Origin: Narcine bancroftii
Lineage: Eukaryota
Reading direction: 5' to 3'
DNA: 64,000 bases
Assembly (NCBI RefSeq): GCF_036971445.1
Contig: NC_091481.1
Span: 12,524,001-12,588,000, forward strand
Position numbers and translations under genes: made by a program. This document shows positions 1-12,370 of this stretch, piece by piece. The notes under the pieces are model-generated. The model ran no database searches, was not told the DNA's origin, and was given only the letters and a program-made list of their open reading frames with translations. The first letter of the stretch is position 1. Every line of letters begins with the position of its first letter.

Positions 1-282
1 GAGGATTTGAACTCCTGATGAAAAGCCTCTGACTTTGATGACCACCTTTGCCCCAAATTATAGGTACATTCCCCCCAAATCTTCCCCAAGGGTTGGACAC
101 ACAAGTGCTACTGATCTAGTAGGCTTTGGTAACTGTGCAAATACTCCTTCAAAGAAACTAGATTGTCTGCTCTTTGCAGTGTTAGAGTTTGATGCATCAC
201 ATTGGCAGACTATATTTCAAAGTTACACAAAATTACTTTTGAATTTCTCCCCACTCTCACAAAAACAGGGTTCTATCCTGAC

Positions 283-364
283 CTGATGAAGATCGTTCGC
301 CCTTCATGCACATCCACTGGAAGAATGGACTTCCGTGACTTTTTTTTCTTCACAGACTTTTCAC
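283..364 (-). CDS. RBM28: RBM28 coding exon 9 (RRM3 start); gene continues beyond the left edge
   Basis: Acceptor CCTTCCAG|; GEKSVKKKKSRKSILPVDVHEGRTIFIR, resembling the LPxDVxEGxTxFIR entry to RRM3; donor CAG|GTCAGG; 82 nt. Confidence 0.9.
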
Positions 365-505
365 CTGGAAGGATAAAGATAGAATCACATAAATCTCTTG
401 TCCCTTAGAGGTACAGATTCTGCTCAACCTTCTTTTCCGCCATTTACAAAGGTCCCAAATTTCAAATACATGTCTGAAAGAGGCTTTAGCTAGCACATCA
501 CTCAC

Positions 506-642
506 CATCTTTCTCCTCTAATTCCAGATCACTATCCTCTGAACATCCATCAATGGACACATCACTATCATCATCAGTCTCAGCATCTGACCCTCCCATT
601 TCATCATCTGATGCCATGGCTTCCTCCTCCTCCTCCTCTGAT
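506..642 (-). CDS. RBM28: RBM28 coding exon 8 (acidic region)
   Basis: Acceptor GTGTTTCAG|; RSEEEEEEAMASDDEMGGSDAETDDDSDVSIDGCSEDSDLELEEKD; donor ATG|GTGAGT; 137 nt, phase 2-1. Confidence 0.85.
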
Positions 643-1079
643 CTGAAACACAATGTATTCTGATCATGGTCAAATTGGGCCAACCAATTGGTTCCTGTGA
701 CATAGTTACAATATAATCCATAATCCAGTACATCTCATAAGCCAAAGTCTTCGCAATCAGATTTATCAGACTGTAGCATCAATTGTTGGCTGTCGTGGCA
801 ATCTCATCTTGGAGTCAGAAAAATCTGAGCACAATAAGAATAAAGTTTTGTGCAGCTGCCATTGTTCTCTCCAAGACAGGTTAGAGGTGAGATTTAAGAA
901 AATTGCTTAGAATTATTTAATGTGTTGAAAAAGTGGACAAAAATAAAATAGTTGAACATTAGTGATAAGTGCTAGAAAGAACTAGAACTGAATACTTATC
1001 TGAAATCACAGTTAAAAAGTTTGTCTTCAAAAGCCATGAACTCTCAATTATTCTCGTTGCTTTCCACTGGAGAGCAGCA

Positions 1080-1425
1080 CCCAACACACACTCTGTTCTC
1101 ACTGCTACCATCAGGAAGAGGTGTAGATGCCAGAAGACTTGCACCATCAGATTCAACAACAGTTGCTACATCTCTACCATCTGACTCCTCAACGATAAAC
1201 TCAATCAGGGATTCAGTTAAGGGCTCTTATTTTTACCCTTTATTGTTATCTTTCCTCTCTGTATTGCATAATTTGGTTACATTTATATTTCATTTGTTTA
1301 ATTATGTATGTTGTGCATGTTTTGCATTGGCACTACCCATAAGTGGCAATTCTGCCTTACCCGCAGGAAAAAGAATCTCAGGGTGGCATGTCTCTGACGA
1401 TAAATCTGTAATTAGAATCAGATTA
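1080..1425 (+). mobile_element. Rex1/Babar-type LINE 3' fragment
   Basis: Encodes HPTHTLFSLLPSGR..., the C-terminal motif of Rex1-type ORFs, followed by a 3' UTR shared with copies at 4610, 41770 and 48670. Confidence 0.7.
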
Positions 1426-1976
1426 AAACCGAAAGGCAGGTTAATATGTACCCAGTTACAGGAGCGAGGGTTTTCTCGAACCACTGGGAATAGTGGTGGA
1501 CCAGTCAAGTCAGACGGCATTCTTTTCAGTTGGACTGAGACCAATGTCATAATTTTGTACACCTTAATTAACCTCCCCCACTCTGTGGAAATCCCCCCCA
1601 CCCCCCCCCCCCCCCCCACCCTGTTGTCTTTCCTATAGCTCAGAAACTCCATCCCAGGCACAAAATGATAAATCTTCTCTACATCCTACCCAGTCTAGTC
1701 TGTGATCCGAATGAGGTGGCAGAAGGATACAAGAATCAGCTTTTAGAGTGTGGATGTGGAAGCAGGGGTCATAGGAAATTAATTCAAGGTTTTCTGTTTC
1801 TGAATATTTCTTGCTGTAAAGTTAACAATGAACACAACTAACTAAACTGTTCATTTCCTTTGGTTCATTTTCTTGTGACACCAATGATGGGACGGTCTCT
1901 TTTTGAAGGACAGGAGATCCTAGAGGCATGGATAGGGAATCAATCCTTGGAACAATTAACATATATGCTCATTTAC

Positions 1977-2097
1977 CTTTTCATGGGTGCTGTTTTCTGA
2001 TTTACATTGGGTTTCTGCTCCATTACAGGCTCAGTCTCTTTGTTGTCACCCACATTCTCATCATCCTCTTCTTCATCCTCGATCTCATTCCTAGCTC
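1977..2097 (-). CDS. RBM28: RBM28 coding exon 7 (acidic region)
   Basis: Acceptor TTATTTACAG|; GARNEIEDEEEDDENVGDNKETEPVMEQKPNVNQKTAPMK; donor AAG|GTAAAT; 121 nt, phase 1-2. Confidence 0.82.
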
Positions 2098-2421
2098 CTG
2101 TAAATAATAACCACATACAGCACTGAGAATTCCAAAAGGCACCCACCACAAGAGGAAAACAATTGCTTGACTTGGCACATTGGCAAGTAATTCAGCAAGG
2201 CCTAGTTTTTAAAAAAAAATTTCACTGCTTTCAAATACCTCCATGCCCTTGCCTTTCCAATTTCCATCAACTGTAAATCCTATAACTCTTTGACATCACT
2301 CCATTTCTTCATATTTGGGCCCTTGGATATTCTGAAATCATCTCACCTCTGTTAACCCTGTCTTCAGCTGTCCTAGCACCAAATGTGAAAACCCTCCCCA
2401 AACTCTGCTCTCTTGCATTTA

Positions 2422-3052
2422 CAGTAAAAATCTCCGGTGTCTGGCACCTATGGGGATTGCTGATGCCAGATATGCAAATTTTCGGTTGCCTGAGACACAC
2501 TCTAACAATGCCTAACTAATACAGCTGCTTTAAGAATAAACAGTTTAAAAAAAAAGACAGTGAAAAATTTAAAATAATCTGAAAAAAATTAGTATTATAG
2601 TCCTTAATTATGTAAAATTCACTTTAATCAGATAATTCCTGTAACTTACAAAATTTAAATTCAAACCCCAGTCGCTGGCACTATAACAGCATTGTGCTAA
2701 CCATGCCACCATCATAATTAGCTCACCTTCTCCAAATTTTACAGAAAAAAATCCTAATAGACTTAATTTTAGCTCTTCATTCTGGGTGCTGCATTTTATT
2801 CAAACACAACCTTATTCAAACTTTGTTCAAACAGCTGCTGTGGCCAAGGCACAACCAGAGCACTCCACTGGCTGAATGTTTGCTCCCATCTTGTGTGTGC
2901 TGCTCTGGAGAATATTTACTTTTACAATTTTAAACTTTTATTCAAATTTTTATTTATTCATTTTTAGTTCCATTGATTTACTTATTTCCTCAAAAAAAAT
3001 TTCTTTGCCAACTGCTTAGGTTGCCGGTTGCTTGCATTTGGGAATTTTACTG
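2422..3052. mobile_element. Tc1/mariner (Tigger-like) non-autonomous element
   Basis: TA|CAGTAAAA ... TTTTACTG|TA termini; related ends at about 42162-42385 and 43180-43405. Confidence 0.65.
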
Positions 3053-3305
3053 TATTAGATTTCTAAAACTTCCCATTTTCCTATCCTCTTTGTTTGATGA
3101 TACTCTTGTGAATTACCTTGACCTACTTTTCTATGTTATGTAAACTTCATAAATCTCATTAGTGTCACAGTAAAGGTGGGCAACAAAACCCAAGAAAAGT
3201 AGTCAAAAAGGAAAATACTAGAAAATCTTCCAGAACCTCCTACTTCCTATCTACTTTGTCAATTGGAAAGCTACCTGCAAACTGTAACATGTTGTTGTAT
3301 TTTAC

Positions 3306-3368
3306 CTGTATCCACTATCACTCGGTACTTGTCCTTTGCCACTGCCCAATCCACCGCAACAGGACGAC
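3306..3368 (-). CDS. RBM28: RBM28 coding exon 6
   Basis: Acceptor CATCCAG|; GRPVAVDWAVAKDKYRVIVDT (end of RRM2); donor CAG|GTAAA; 63 nt. Confidence 0.93.
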
Positions 3369-3842
3369 CTGGATGAATAACACAAGGTCAGACACAATCC
3401 ACTGCACACGCCATTTCTGCCACCAATCATTTCTTCTTTTGTTCCAGAGAAGTCCATTCTTATCTGACTCCTCTACTTCCATCTGTTCATCATTCCACCA
3501 ATAACCCCCACCACCCTTTATCTTACTGCCACCACCATCCCATTCTCACTCTTCTTCCTCCCCCAATCCTTCTTCCACCTTTCCTCTCTACTTTGTTTGT
3601 CTTCCACACCCACCACCATCTCAGCTGCCCTTCACCTATAGACACCCCTTCCCTCTCCTCTTCCACTTCCACTTTCTACAAATCATCACTGTTCCACCCA
3701 GCCCCCTCTGCCTCATCTCCACCCTGCACCCATCACATCATGATCACTCCCCTAATCCCTCCTGCTTCCTTCACCCCAAAATTACAGATCTCCCAGTGAC
3801 CCTGCACCCTTCAAACTTCCTTACCACAGCTTCCCCATGTCA

Positions 3843-4181
<339 letters not shown>

Positions 4182-4609
4182 TTACATGACAAAAAAATAA
4201 TCCTGAATAAGCCTACCTTAATTTGTTACTGAAAACAAAAAAATTTCAAATGCTTAAAATAAAAAGATAATGTTGGAAACCCTCACCATCCACATTTTAG
4301 GCTGAAGATGTTGCCTTGTGGAAACTACATCTTTAAAATTCTCCAACTCTGTTTCTTGTTCTGGTTATGGCCATTTGACGTGCTGAGTTCCAAGCATTTT
4401 CTGTTTTCATTTGTTACTTGTACTCAAGCAGTGAGAGACTATGCAATTAACCGGTGAGCTATCTAATGGGAGAGCACCACACAGCAACTCACAAACTGAT
4501 CCTCTGACTTTACTGAGGGTCCTGCCTGCCTGGGTCTCCTTTACCAATGCAACAGCCAGCTTGACAAACTCACACTGCTGACAGCTCGTGATAAAAAACA
4601 CACAATAGC

Positions 4610-4900
4610 TCATCATCAGGAAAGATGTATAGGTGCCACAAGACTCTCACCACCAGGTTCAGGAAGGAACAGCTGCTGCCCCTCCACCATCAGACTCCTC
4701 AACAACAAACTCAATCAAAGACTCACTTAAGGACTCTTACATTTCCACTTTATTGATCTTTTTCTCTCTCTCTGTACTGCACAATTTGTTTACACTTCTT
4801 TATTTACATGTGTATGTTTTTTCTTGCACTGATAATTCTTCCTCCTGCAAGAGAAAGAATCTCAGGAATGTCACGTACGTACTCTGACAATAAATCTAAA
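4610..4900 (+). mobile_element. Rex1/Babar-type LINE 3' fragment
   Basis: Visible similarity to 1080-1425 and 41770-42090 (CCATCAGACTCCTCAAC ... AAGAATCTCAGG ... TACTCTGACAATAAATCT). Confidence 0.7.
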
Positions 4901-5256
4901 AAATAATTATGGGAATTGTCAATCTCTGAAACTTCTCATCTCAGTTGAAAACAATTTTGTCATTTTGCTTTACTTTTTTCTCCCCAAAAAATATCTTTTA
5001 TTTGAGTGGGTCGTTGCCTTGCCCGAAACAAATATCCCAGTAAATAAAAAAATTTTAAAATGCAGATATTTGAAATCAGAAATAAGAATGGAAAATGCTG
5101 GAAACACTCATTAAGTTCAGCAGCATCTGTGGAAAGAGAAAAAGTTAACATTTCAGGTTCAGGACCCTTCAATCTTCCACTGGCAGCTATGCTCCAAAAG
5201 CAAACATTTCAACATCTAACTATTTAAAGCACTAGTTTTCCTCAATTAAAACTTGC

Positions 5257-5329
5257 CTTTTATAGGGATGTTAACCTCCAGTACAGTCCCATATTGTGAG
5301 AAAATATTCTTCAGGTCATCTTCTGAACA
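5257..5329 (-). CDS. RBM28: RBM28 coding exon 4 (GC donor)
   Basis: Acceptor CTCTCAG|; [24 protein letters not shown]; ends AAG|GCAAGT; 73 nt, phase 0-1, which matches the next exon. Confidence 0.9.
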
Positions 5330-5576
5330 CTGAGAGGAGAAAAAACATCATTAGACCAAATATTACGCTGTCTCAGGTGTAATATTTAAATATGGCAAAC
5401 AGAAGTCACAGATAATGGGGATGATCAATACTTCCACATTTTCATCTCTAATACTCCTTGCAAAAAAAAACTGATTATACAAAAAAAAGCTCATTTGCAA
5501 TCTTCCCGTTTTTACAAATCACAACTTCAGTTTCAATCTCTTTCTAAGGCAATTCTCTTAAAGAAGGCATCATCTC

Positions 5577-7990
5577 GAGGAGTCACGTGATGGAGTAGTG
5601 GCTGGTCGGGTGGAACCAGCCCTCTCCAGAGAAAATAAAAAAAGCTGGAAAAAACAGAGCTCAATCAACATAAAATACAGGAAGAAAAAGATAAAGTTGC
5701 AGAGGAGAGACAGAAGATGGCGCCAAAAAGAGAAAAAGTAAGATTAACAGAGAAAAGGGAAGAAGGAAAGTCACTGGAGAAGAAAGAAGGGCTTACCTGT
5801 CGGAGCAGAGTCACCGTGGAGAGGAGCGGCCAATCTCTGATGTTGGTGAGTCCCCAGAGGAGTGATGTCCTCCCGATTGGCAGACTTCAAAAGTGGCTCT
5901 CAGAGCCAAGAAGAGGTGTGTAACTGCGCATGCGCGAAGAGTTGCGCCAGTGGGAGGGGGACTCAGCTGAGGAGCGCCCAGCTGAGAGACGCCCAGTATC
6001 GGAAGCAAACAAGAAAGAAGAAGAGTGGTGAGAAAGAGAATGAAGGGCGGGAGGAGGATGAGCGGCAACAGGGCGACCGGCAAGGAGACGACCTGCGGCA
6101 GGAGGCCCAGCAGTGGGTCGGCCTGCACCGGGAGGCTCAACAACGGGTCGACCTGCAGCGGGAGGCTGAACAACGGGTCGACTTGCAGCAGGAGGCCCAA
6201 CAGCAGGAGACACAGCAACTGGAGGCCCAGCAAGGATACAGAAGCAGCTCAACAGAGAAGGATGAAGATACACAGATACAGAGAAGAGGACAACACAGAC
6301 ATAGATACAGACACAGAAGAAGAGGAGGAAGAAGATCACGAATTTCAAAGAAGGTAAAATAGAAGAACAAATGAGGTCATTAAAAGAATGGCTATCATTA
6401 GAATTTAGTTCAATCAAAAGAAAAATGAAAAGAGCTGAAGACTGAATGCAAAGCTTAGAGTTGGTCATGACTGAAATAGGGAAAAGAGTAGAAAATGTGG
6501 AGGAACAAGAAGCTGCTGTAGAAATGGAGATAAATGATTTAAGAGGGAAGTTGAAAGAGAGTGAAAAAATTTTTTTTGAAAAGAGACACAAGATTTATTG
6601 TCAGAAAAAAATTGACGTATTAGAAAACTACAATAGGCGAAACAACATAAAAATAGTGGGCCTGAAAGAAGGCAAAGGGTCAGAAAGGAAGAATTTATAA
6701 AAGGATGGATCCCGAAGGTGCTGGGAATGACAGATTCACATGAAGAAATAGAAATTGAAAGGGCAAATAGAGCACTAGTACCGAAACTGTCAAATCATCA
6801 AAAACCGAGATCCATATTGGTAAAACTTCTAAGATATACGACAAGAGAGAACATACTGGAGCAGGCAAGAAAGAAAGTTAGAGAAGACAATAAGCCGTTG
6901 GAATATAAGGGACAAAAAAATTTTTTTTTACCCAGACATAAGCTTCAAACTTTTAAAGAAGAGGAAGGAATTCAACACAGTGAAAATAATCTTATGGAAG
7001 AAAGGTTACAACTTTATATTAAGACATCCAGCAGTACTCAAAATATTAATTCCTGGGGAATGGAATAGACTGTTTTCCGACCCAAAGAAAGCCCAAGAAT
7101 TTGCTGAACAGTTGCAGGACAGGAGAAGAGAGGAGGAGGAATGACAAGAAGGAAGACTGGCAAGAAAATATACAAAAATATAAAGTAAAGATAATGTATA
7201 TGTAAAGATTTAAAGATGGCTAAGAGAAGGGGAAGAAGGGGAAAAAAAGAGAGGGAGCTTTGTTATATGTAAAGGAAAATAGTGTTCTTTGGGGGGGGCT
7301 GGGGGGGAGAATAAGGGTCACTGCGAAATCAGTTGACGTTTGTGAGTAAATTTGCAAACCGAATGGAAAGGGGAGTTGTGGTTGCCGTCAAGGGACAAAG
7401 GGCAATCCAAGGAGGGGAGGTTCATCTGGAGTCAAAGGGTTATTGCTTGTGGGGATTGTTGTGGTATTTCATGTCTTAAGTACATTGTCATATAGAGATT
7501 AAAAAGGAAAACTTAAAAAGCAGTAATGGAAAAAAGGGGATGGAGGTGGTGAAGAGGCGGAAAAGAAGTGAAAATGAAGATACAAGATGGCCACATTGGA
7601 CTATATGACTATAAACATTAATGGAATATATAACCAAGTTCAAGTGTATCCCATTGTAAAAAAAAATCACATATAATTTAAAAGACAAAGTTACAATGGT
7701 TGAAAAAACCTGGGAACCATAGATGGAACATAACAGAAAGAACAGGCCTCAGACCACCACCACCTAAAATGATAAGAAGATAAACACGAGCAGATTTAAT
7801 GTGTATAAGTAGATGATATATCTTTTTTGTTTGTTGTCTTTTTGAATAAAGATATTGTTTTATTGTGGGAAGGGGGAAGGCAGGGATGGGGAAAAAAAAG
7901 AGAAAATGTCACTGTGAATATTTAAAGAGATGCATCTGTAAATATATTGGTTGATATGGTTCATAGTGCGATAAATAAAGAATTACAAAA
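5577..7990 (+). mobile_element. L1-clade LINE, both ends present, ORF1 degraded, ORF2 almost wholly deleted
   Basis: ORF1 motifs LENYNRRNNIKIVGLKEG and IEIERANR...PRSILVKLLRY; ORF2 start MATLDYMTININGI at 7587 joined at about 7644 to the ORF2 C-terminus; AATAAA and A tail; near-identical flanks AAGAAGGCATCATCTC (5561-5576) and AAGCAAGGCACCATCTC (7991-8007). Confidence 0.85.
6091..6210 (+). repeat. Four 30-bp tandem units inside L1 ORF1
   Basis: ACCTGCAGCGGGAGGCTGAACAACGGGTCG-like units encoding DLxxEAQQRV. Confidence 0.85.
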
Positions 7991-8224
7991 AAGCAAGGCA
8001 CCATCTCCCAAATCTGTGCCTGTCTTTCTCCACTCATCCATTTTTTAATCTCTCTAAAGTTCATCACTTAAGTGGACCTGGTCAAATGACTTCTTCACGT
8101 GGCATTATCTTGCCCTCTCTATTCCCCCCACCTCATCACTTGTGCCTTCCACTGCTTGTGTTTGATACACAGCCCCATGGAGAATGCTAATGGAGAGCTG
8201 AACCAATATTTTAATTTTTTTTTT

Positions 8225-8470
8225 GTAATTTTAAACATGCAGCATGGTTATAGGCCCTTTCGGCCCACAATGCCATGATGCTCAACTACATCCAATTGAC
8301 CTACAACCCCTGTTATGTTTTTAATGGTGGGAAGAAACCTGGAGGAAACCCACACAGACACGGGGAGAACATACAAACTCCTTACAGACAGCATGAGTTT
8401 TGAACTCCAGTCCTGATCACTGGTGCTGTAGCAGCATTGGGATATTTACTACTCTCACCACGCCACCCAT
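8225..8470 (-). mobile_element. SINE (probably tRNA-derived family)
   Basis: Shares the core TGTCTGTAAGGAGTTTGTA...CTCCCCGTGTCTGTGTGGGTTTCCTC with copies at about 12790-13690, 31400, 36010, 40985 and 44695. Confidence 0.7.
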
Positions 8471-8697
8471 TACAGAAGGATGACTTACAGCAAAAAGGTT
8501 TGTATGTCGAGACCCATTTTTCTGTGGCCTCCTACACATAACGAGGCACAATACAATTTTGAGGAATGGCAACTCCTCCTCCATTTGGATACCTCGCAGC
8601 CTTCCAGAGTCAATATCAAATTCTCCAACTTCAAATGACTCATTTTTTCTGTCAGTAGAAAGATTGTCCATTTTTGTTTAAAGTCATCCATCTATGA

Positions 8698-9699
8698 CAC
8701 ACATGTCAAACTCTGGCCCGTGGGTCATATTTGGCCCGCAAGATCATTTCAAAAATGTATTAGAGGTGGCCCGCTGGCCGCCGCGCCAGTATAGCGTATG
8801 CACAGTAATACAACAAATCCCAGAATGCATTGGCGTCATCCCGCTAATCGCCCCCACCTCCTCTGTTTACGTTGCAGGGTCTCACCGTGGACTCTGGTTT
8901 TGGAGCCTGGCCGGTGTCAGGGGAAGCCAAGGCCGCTTCCCAGCGCCCGGAACCGGAGGCCTCAGGCCTGACCTCGCCAGGACCGTTGCCCACTCCCCCT
9001 CCCTGCCGCAGGCCGATCCGCAACTCATGGTGACGGGGCCGCTGATCCGCCGAGATGCCGCCCTGCAGCGAGAGCCGATGCCCCCGCACTGTCGTTGTCC
9101 AACCCGATCGCCCGCAAACCCCGCCCTCCCGCACACAGGCCTGAGTAAGTATTATGAACTTTAATCTCAGGATAAAACGATCTTCCAATAGTTTCATGTC
9201 ACAGTGATAAATATATTCCTGGTTAAAAATGGTCCTGCACCTGGATACAAGCTCATTAGGCATAAAACTTGAAAAGTGTGTAAATCAAAGGATATCTGTA
9301 CCAATGGAAAAAGGGCATGGCAAATAACCCTGTTAGAGTTCATGCCCACAATCAGTCACCCATTTGATTGTTTCAGGAATCATGTTATTCTCCCACATTC
9401 TCAATAGCCCTCACATTTTACTATTCGACAGCACACTAGCAACATTTGACAAATCGTCTATAGAGAAATATTATTTATTGAATATTTTATTTCTCATTTG
9501 TTAATGCTTCTGGAAAGAGTTTATCCAAAACTATTATTAAACATTTATTTTAATAAGAAAAAGTTTAACATTACATATGTTGAAAGAAGAGAAAACATGC
9601 GGATTTTGTTGAAAATTTTCAATAAATATTTAGTTCGGCCCTCGACTTAGTCCAAGTTTTTAATTTTGGCTCTCCGTGAATTTGAGTTTGACACCCCTG
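8698..9699. mobile_element. Non-autonomous hAT (Charlie-like) element, 1002 bp
   Basis: Termini CACACATGTCAAACTC ... GAGTTTGACACCCCTG; exact 8-bp TSD ATCTATGA at 8690-8697 and 9700-9707. Confidence 0.88.
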
Positions 9700-10122
9700 A
9701 TCTATGATATTGGCTTAGCTTTTTTTCTCCCTCTGTATTAGCACATCCTGACCTGCTATTTGCAAAACATCACATTTCTTTGTCACTCTCTAATTGTCCT
9801 TCTGGTAAATCGTGTGATTTACTGCAACCCTAGCCAGAAGCTCTAGCCTGAACCTCTTTTCATTTTATCCATTTCTTCCCCATCTTTTGGGTAACTTAAA
9901 CTTTTCCTTTGTCTTTCTCAGTTCCTGAAACATGAACTCTTTCTCTTTCCATGGTGTGTGACTAAACTGTTGAGTGTTTCCAGCACTTTTGATGTTTATG
10001 AAATCAGAGACTTGATCATCAAACCTATCATAATTAAGGGGCAAACAGATCAGTTCGGGGATAGTCAAACAGGAACGGATTACAACTAATATTAGACCAC
10101 AAAATAATTCCTAATTCCATAC

Positions 10123-10214
10123 CTTAAAGCTCAAGTTTCGAATAATCAACCTTGCTTTTCTCCGGTACTTCTGTATTTTCTTGTCTGTATTTACTTTGGG
10201 AGCTTCTTTAGTGG
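10123..10214 (-). CDS. RBM28: RBM28 coding exon 3 (linker and RRM2 start)
   Basis: Acceptor TTTCACAG|; ATKEAPKVNTDKKIQKYRRKARLIIRNLSFK; donor AAG|GTATGG; 92 nt, phase 1-0. Confidence 0.92.
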
Positions 10215-11098
10215 CTGTGAAATTAAAAAAATAATATTAACTGCATTTAAGTTCATGAAAAGTTCACACAATTACTGTGTGAAGAACATAAATCAATGAA
10301 ACAAAGCATTAATGGAGCACAAAGCTTTATGAAGTTGATATTGTTGCATGCAGTGGATAGTGTTCCTCTGGAAACACCTGAAAGTGCTAGTTCTTGCTGG
10401 AGAATAATTTCACCAATGAGACTTGTTCATTGTCTGCCAAGTCAGCAAGTGTGAACAGACTGTTCACAACAACAATTAAGCTACATCCCATTCTTCCTCC
10501 GTGTTTGTGCCCACATGCACAGACACACTCTCATTGCAAGGGATAGGAATGAATATTGGTCCAAAGCATTAACAATGGGTCCCATTCCTCTCCTCAGCCC
10601 AGTAATGCTGAAGTCCAAACATGCATGTATCAGAGCTGAGAGCACCTAACCAATCTGAATACCTTGGGATTGCATCAGATAATTTGATACACAAGTTATT
10701 AGAAAGCCAGCATCTTGTGCATTTCAATTATTTTGAGCAGGAAGTCTGCACTGTCATCACAATTCATCACTTCACAACATTTGGCATAACTGGTTTAAAG
10801 ACCCATAAAACTCTCTTTACACTGTGGGTTAGCACCATTCTCACATGGGTTGACTGACTGACTAAGATCTTTCACAGGAATTTCATTGTGATGCCATTCC
10901 CTTAAACAGGAGCACTGAAGCACACTCATTGATTAGCCATGAATCTACATTTTCTGCATAGACATGAATGTGGTCTGTTCTGTGGTACAGCAGAGGTCAA
11001 GCAGTTTTAAATCCATGATAACTACAACATGGATTAAGAGTGTCCAAAGCATTAACTTTCAGCTCACTTGTTCAAGGTTCTTTTGTGAAAATGTAACA

Positions 11099-12101
11099 TG
11101 TTATGAGCCCAGAGGACCCTAAAACCCAGCAGCAATAGATATTCACCAAGACAAATGATTAAACAAAAGTTGCTTTTAATTATCTTTAAACATGAAAACA
11201 GAATTGCACTTTAACTTATCACTATCGACTTAACTAACCTAACTAAAACCCCTTCCAATTCTAAGCGCACGTGTATGTGTGTAAAGTTCAGTAAAGTTCT
11301 TTGATTCACAGACCAATCTCACTTCTCATTCCTCCAAGTTTACTGTTTTCAGGCAATTCTTAGACTGTGCACAGAATTTAACATTTATGAAGTTCACCAG
11401 GTGCTTGAAAGGTAAATAGTTACCATTCAGGAAGGCTCTTGTCGGTTTTCAGAGAGAGATTTATTGTTCGCTGGACCCCCACAACTGATTCCTTGTAACC
11501 AGCTACTTCAGTGTCTTGCCAAAGAAACTTGCCCCCTCAGGGTTCTCCAGATGATAACCTCTTTTTTTCAGGTCACCACAGAGTTCCCTTTTTGTTTCTC
11601 TTATTTCAAGTGAAACATTAGGCAGCCAGTCCTCTCCTCTTGTATGAACCACAAAGGTTTTGTCCAGGTTGAACTAAGCACTCACAACCCGTCTTCCAAA
11701 TGGGGTTTTCCACAAGCTTGCCAGCTTGTCCTGTTCCAGTCCCAGATGCTGTTGCTGAACTGTAACACTACAGAACTGATCTCTCTCTTTCTCACAGAGA
11801 AAAAGCCAGTTTTTCTCTCTGCTTGCAAAACCATATGACCCTCTTAGACAAGCAAGTTCCACTCCAGACAGCCTGCAGCTCTGACGAGTTCTTTCACCTG
11901 TTGCCTTTTTGTAAACAATCCATTAGTGAAGACCCTTGGGCACTCTCCAAAGCTTTTGCAAAGGCTCTTGGAGCCAGCCTGTCTAGCATGAGCAGAGCCC
12001 CAGTATTTTAAATAAGATCGGTTTTAAAGTGTTTGTATGTGACCTACACTAAAAAACCTGCCCCAATTTATCTCCCAAAAACATATCTATAATCTATCAC
12101 A
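11099..12101 (-). mobile_element. Solo LTR, about 1 kb
   Basis: TGT...ACA termini; flanks AACA / AACG (4-bp TSD with one mismatch); no coding remnant. Orientation tentative. Confidence 0.65.
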
Positions 12102-12226
12102 AACGTTTGACTACCACACTACTAGTTACCCATGGTTTGAATTTAAAAGCTTATACAAATTCTCCTTAAACATGAAGCATTTTTTAAAAAGTACAGCCTT
12201 TCTGTCCTGGAAGCTATAGCACTCAC

Positions 12227-12370
12227 CATTTTTCAAGCCAATAAGTTTCTTCTTAGCAAGAGAAGCAAAGAGTTTCTGGCCATCATAGAACTTCACTTCT
12301 TTCAGAGCTTTCTTGGCATCTTCTGGTAGAGAATATGTCACATACCCAAAACCACGACAAATCTTGCTAC
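12227..12370 (-). CDS. RBM28: RBM28 coding exon 2
   Basis: Acceptor TTTTTTTTAG|; GSKICRGFGYVTYSLPEDAKKALKEVKFYDGQKLFASLAKKK with RNP1 RGFGYVTY; donor ATG|GTGAGT; 144 nt, phase 1-1. Confidence 0.93.

Noticed and set aside
1596-1620. Poly-C tract as a functional element
   Set aside because: A simple intronic homopolymer like others in the window (26041, 58628), with no supporting context.
1700-1919. Extra RBM28 exon after a CCTCTAG acceptor
   Set aside because: It would need an intron of about 57 nt, hits a stop after 17 codons in the required phase, and exons 7 and 8 already join in phase.
5811-6591. Long overlapping ORFs as novel proteins
   Set aside because: They are the low-complexity, frameshifted L1 ORF1 and its antisense shadows.
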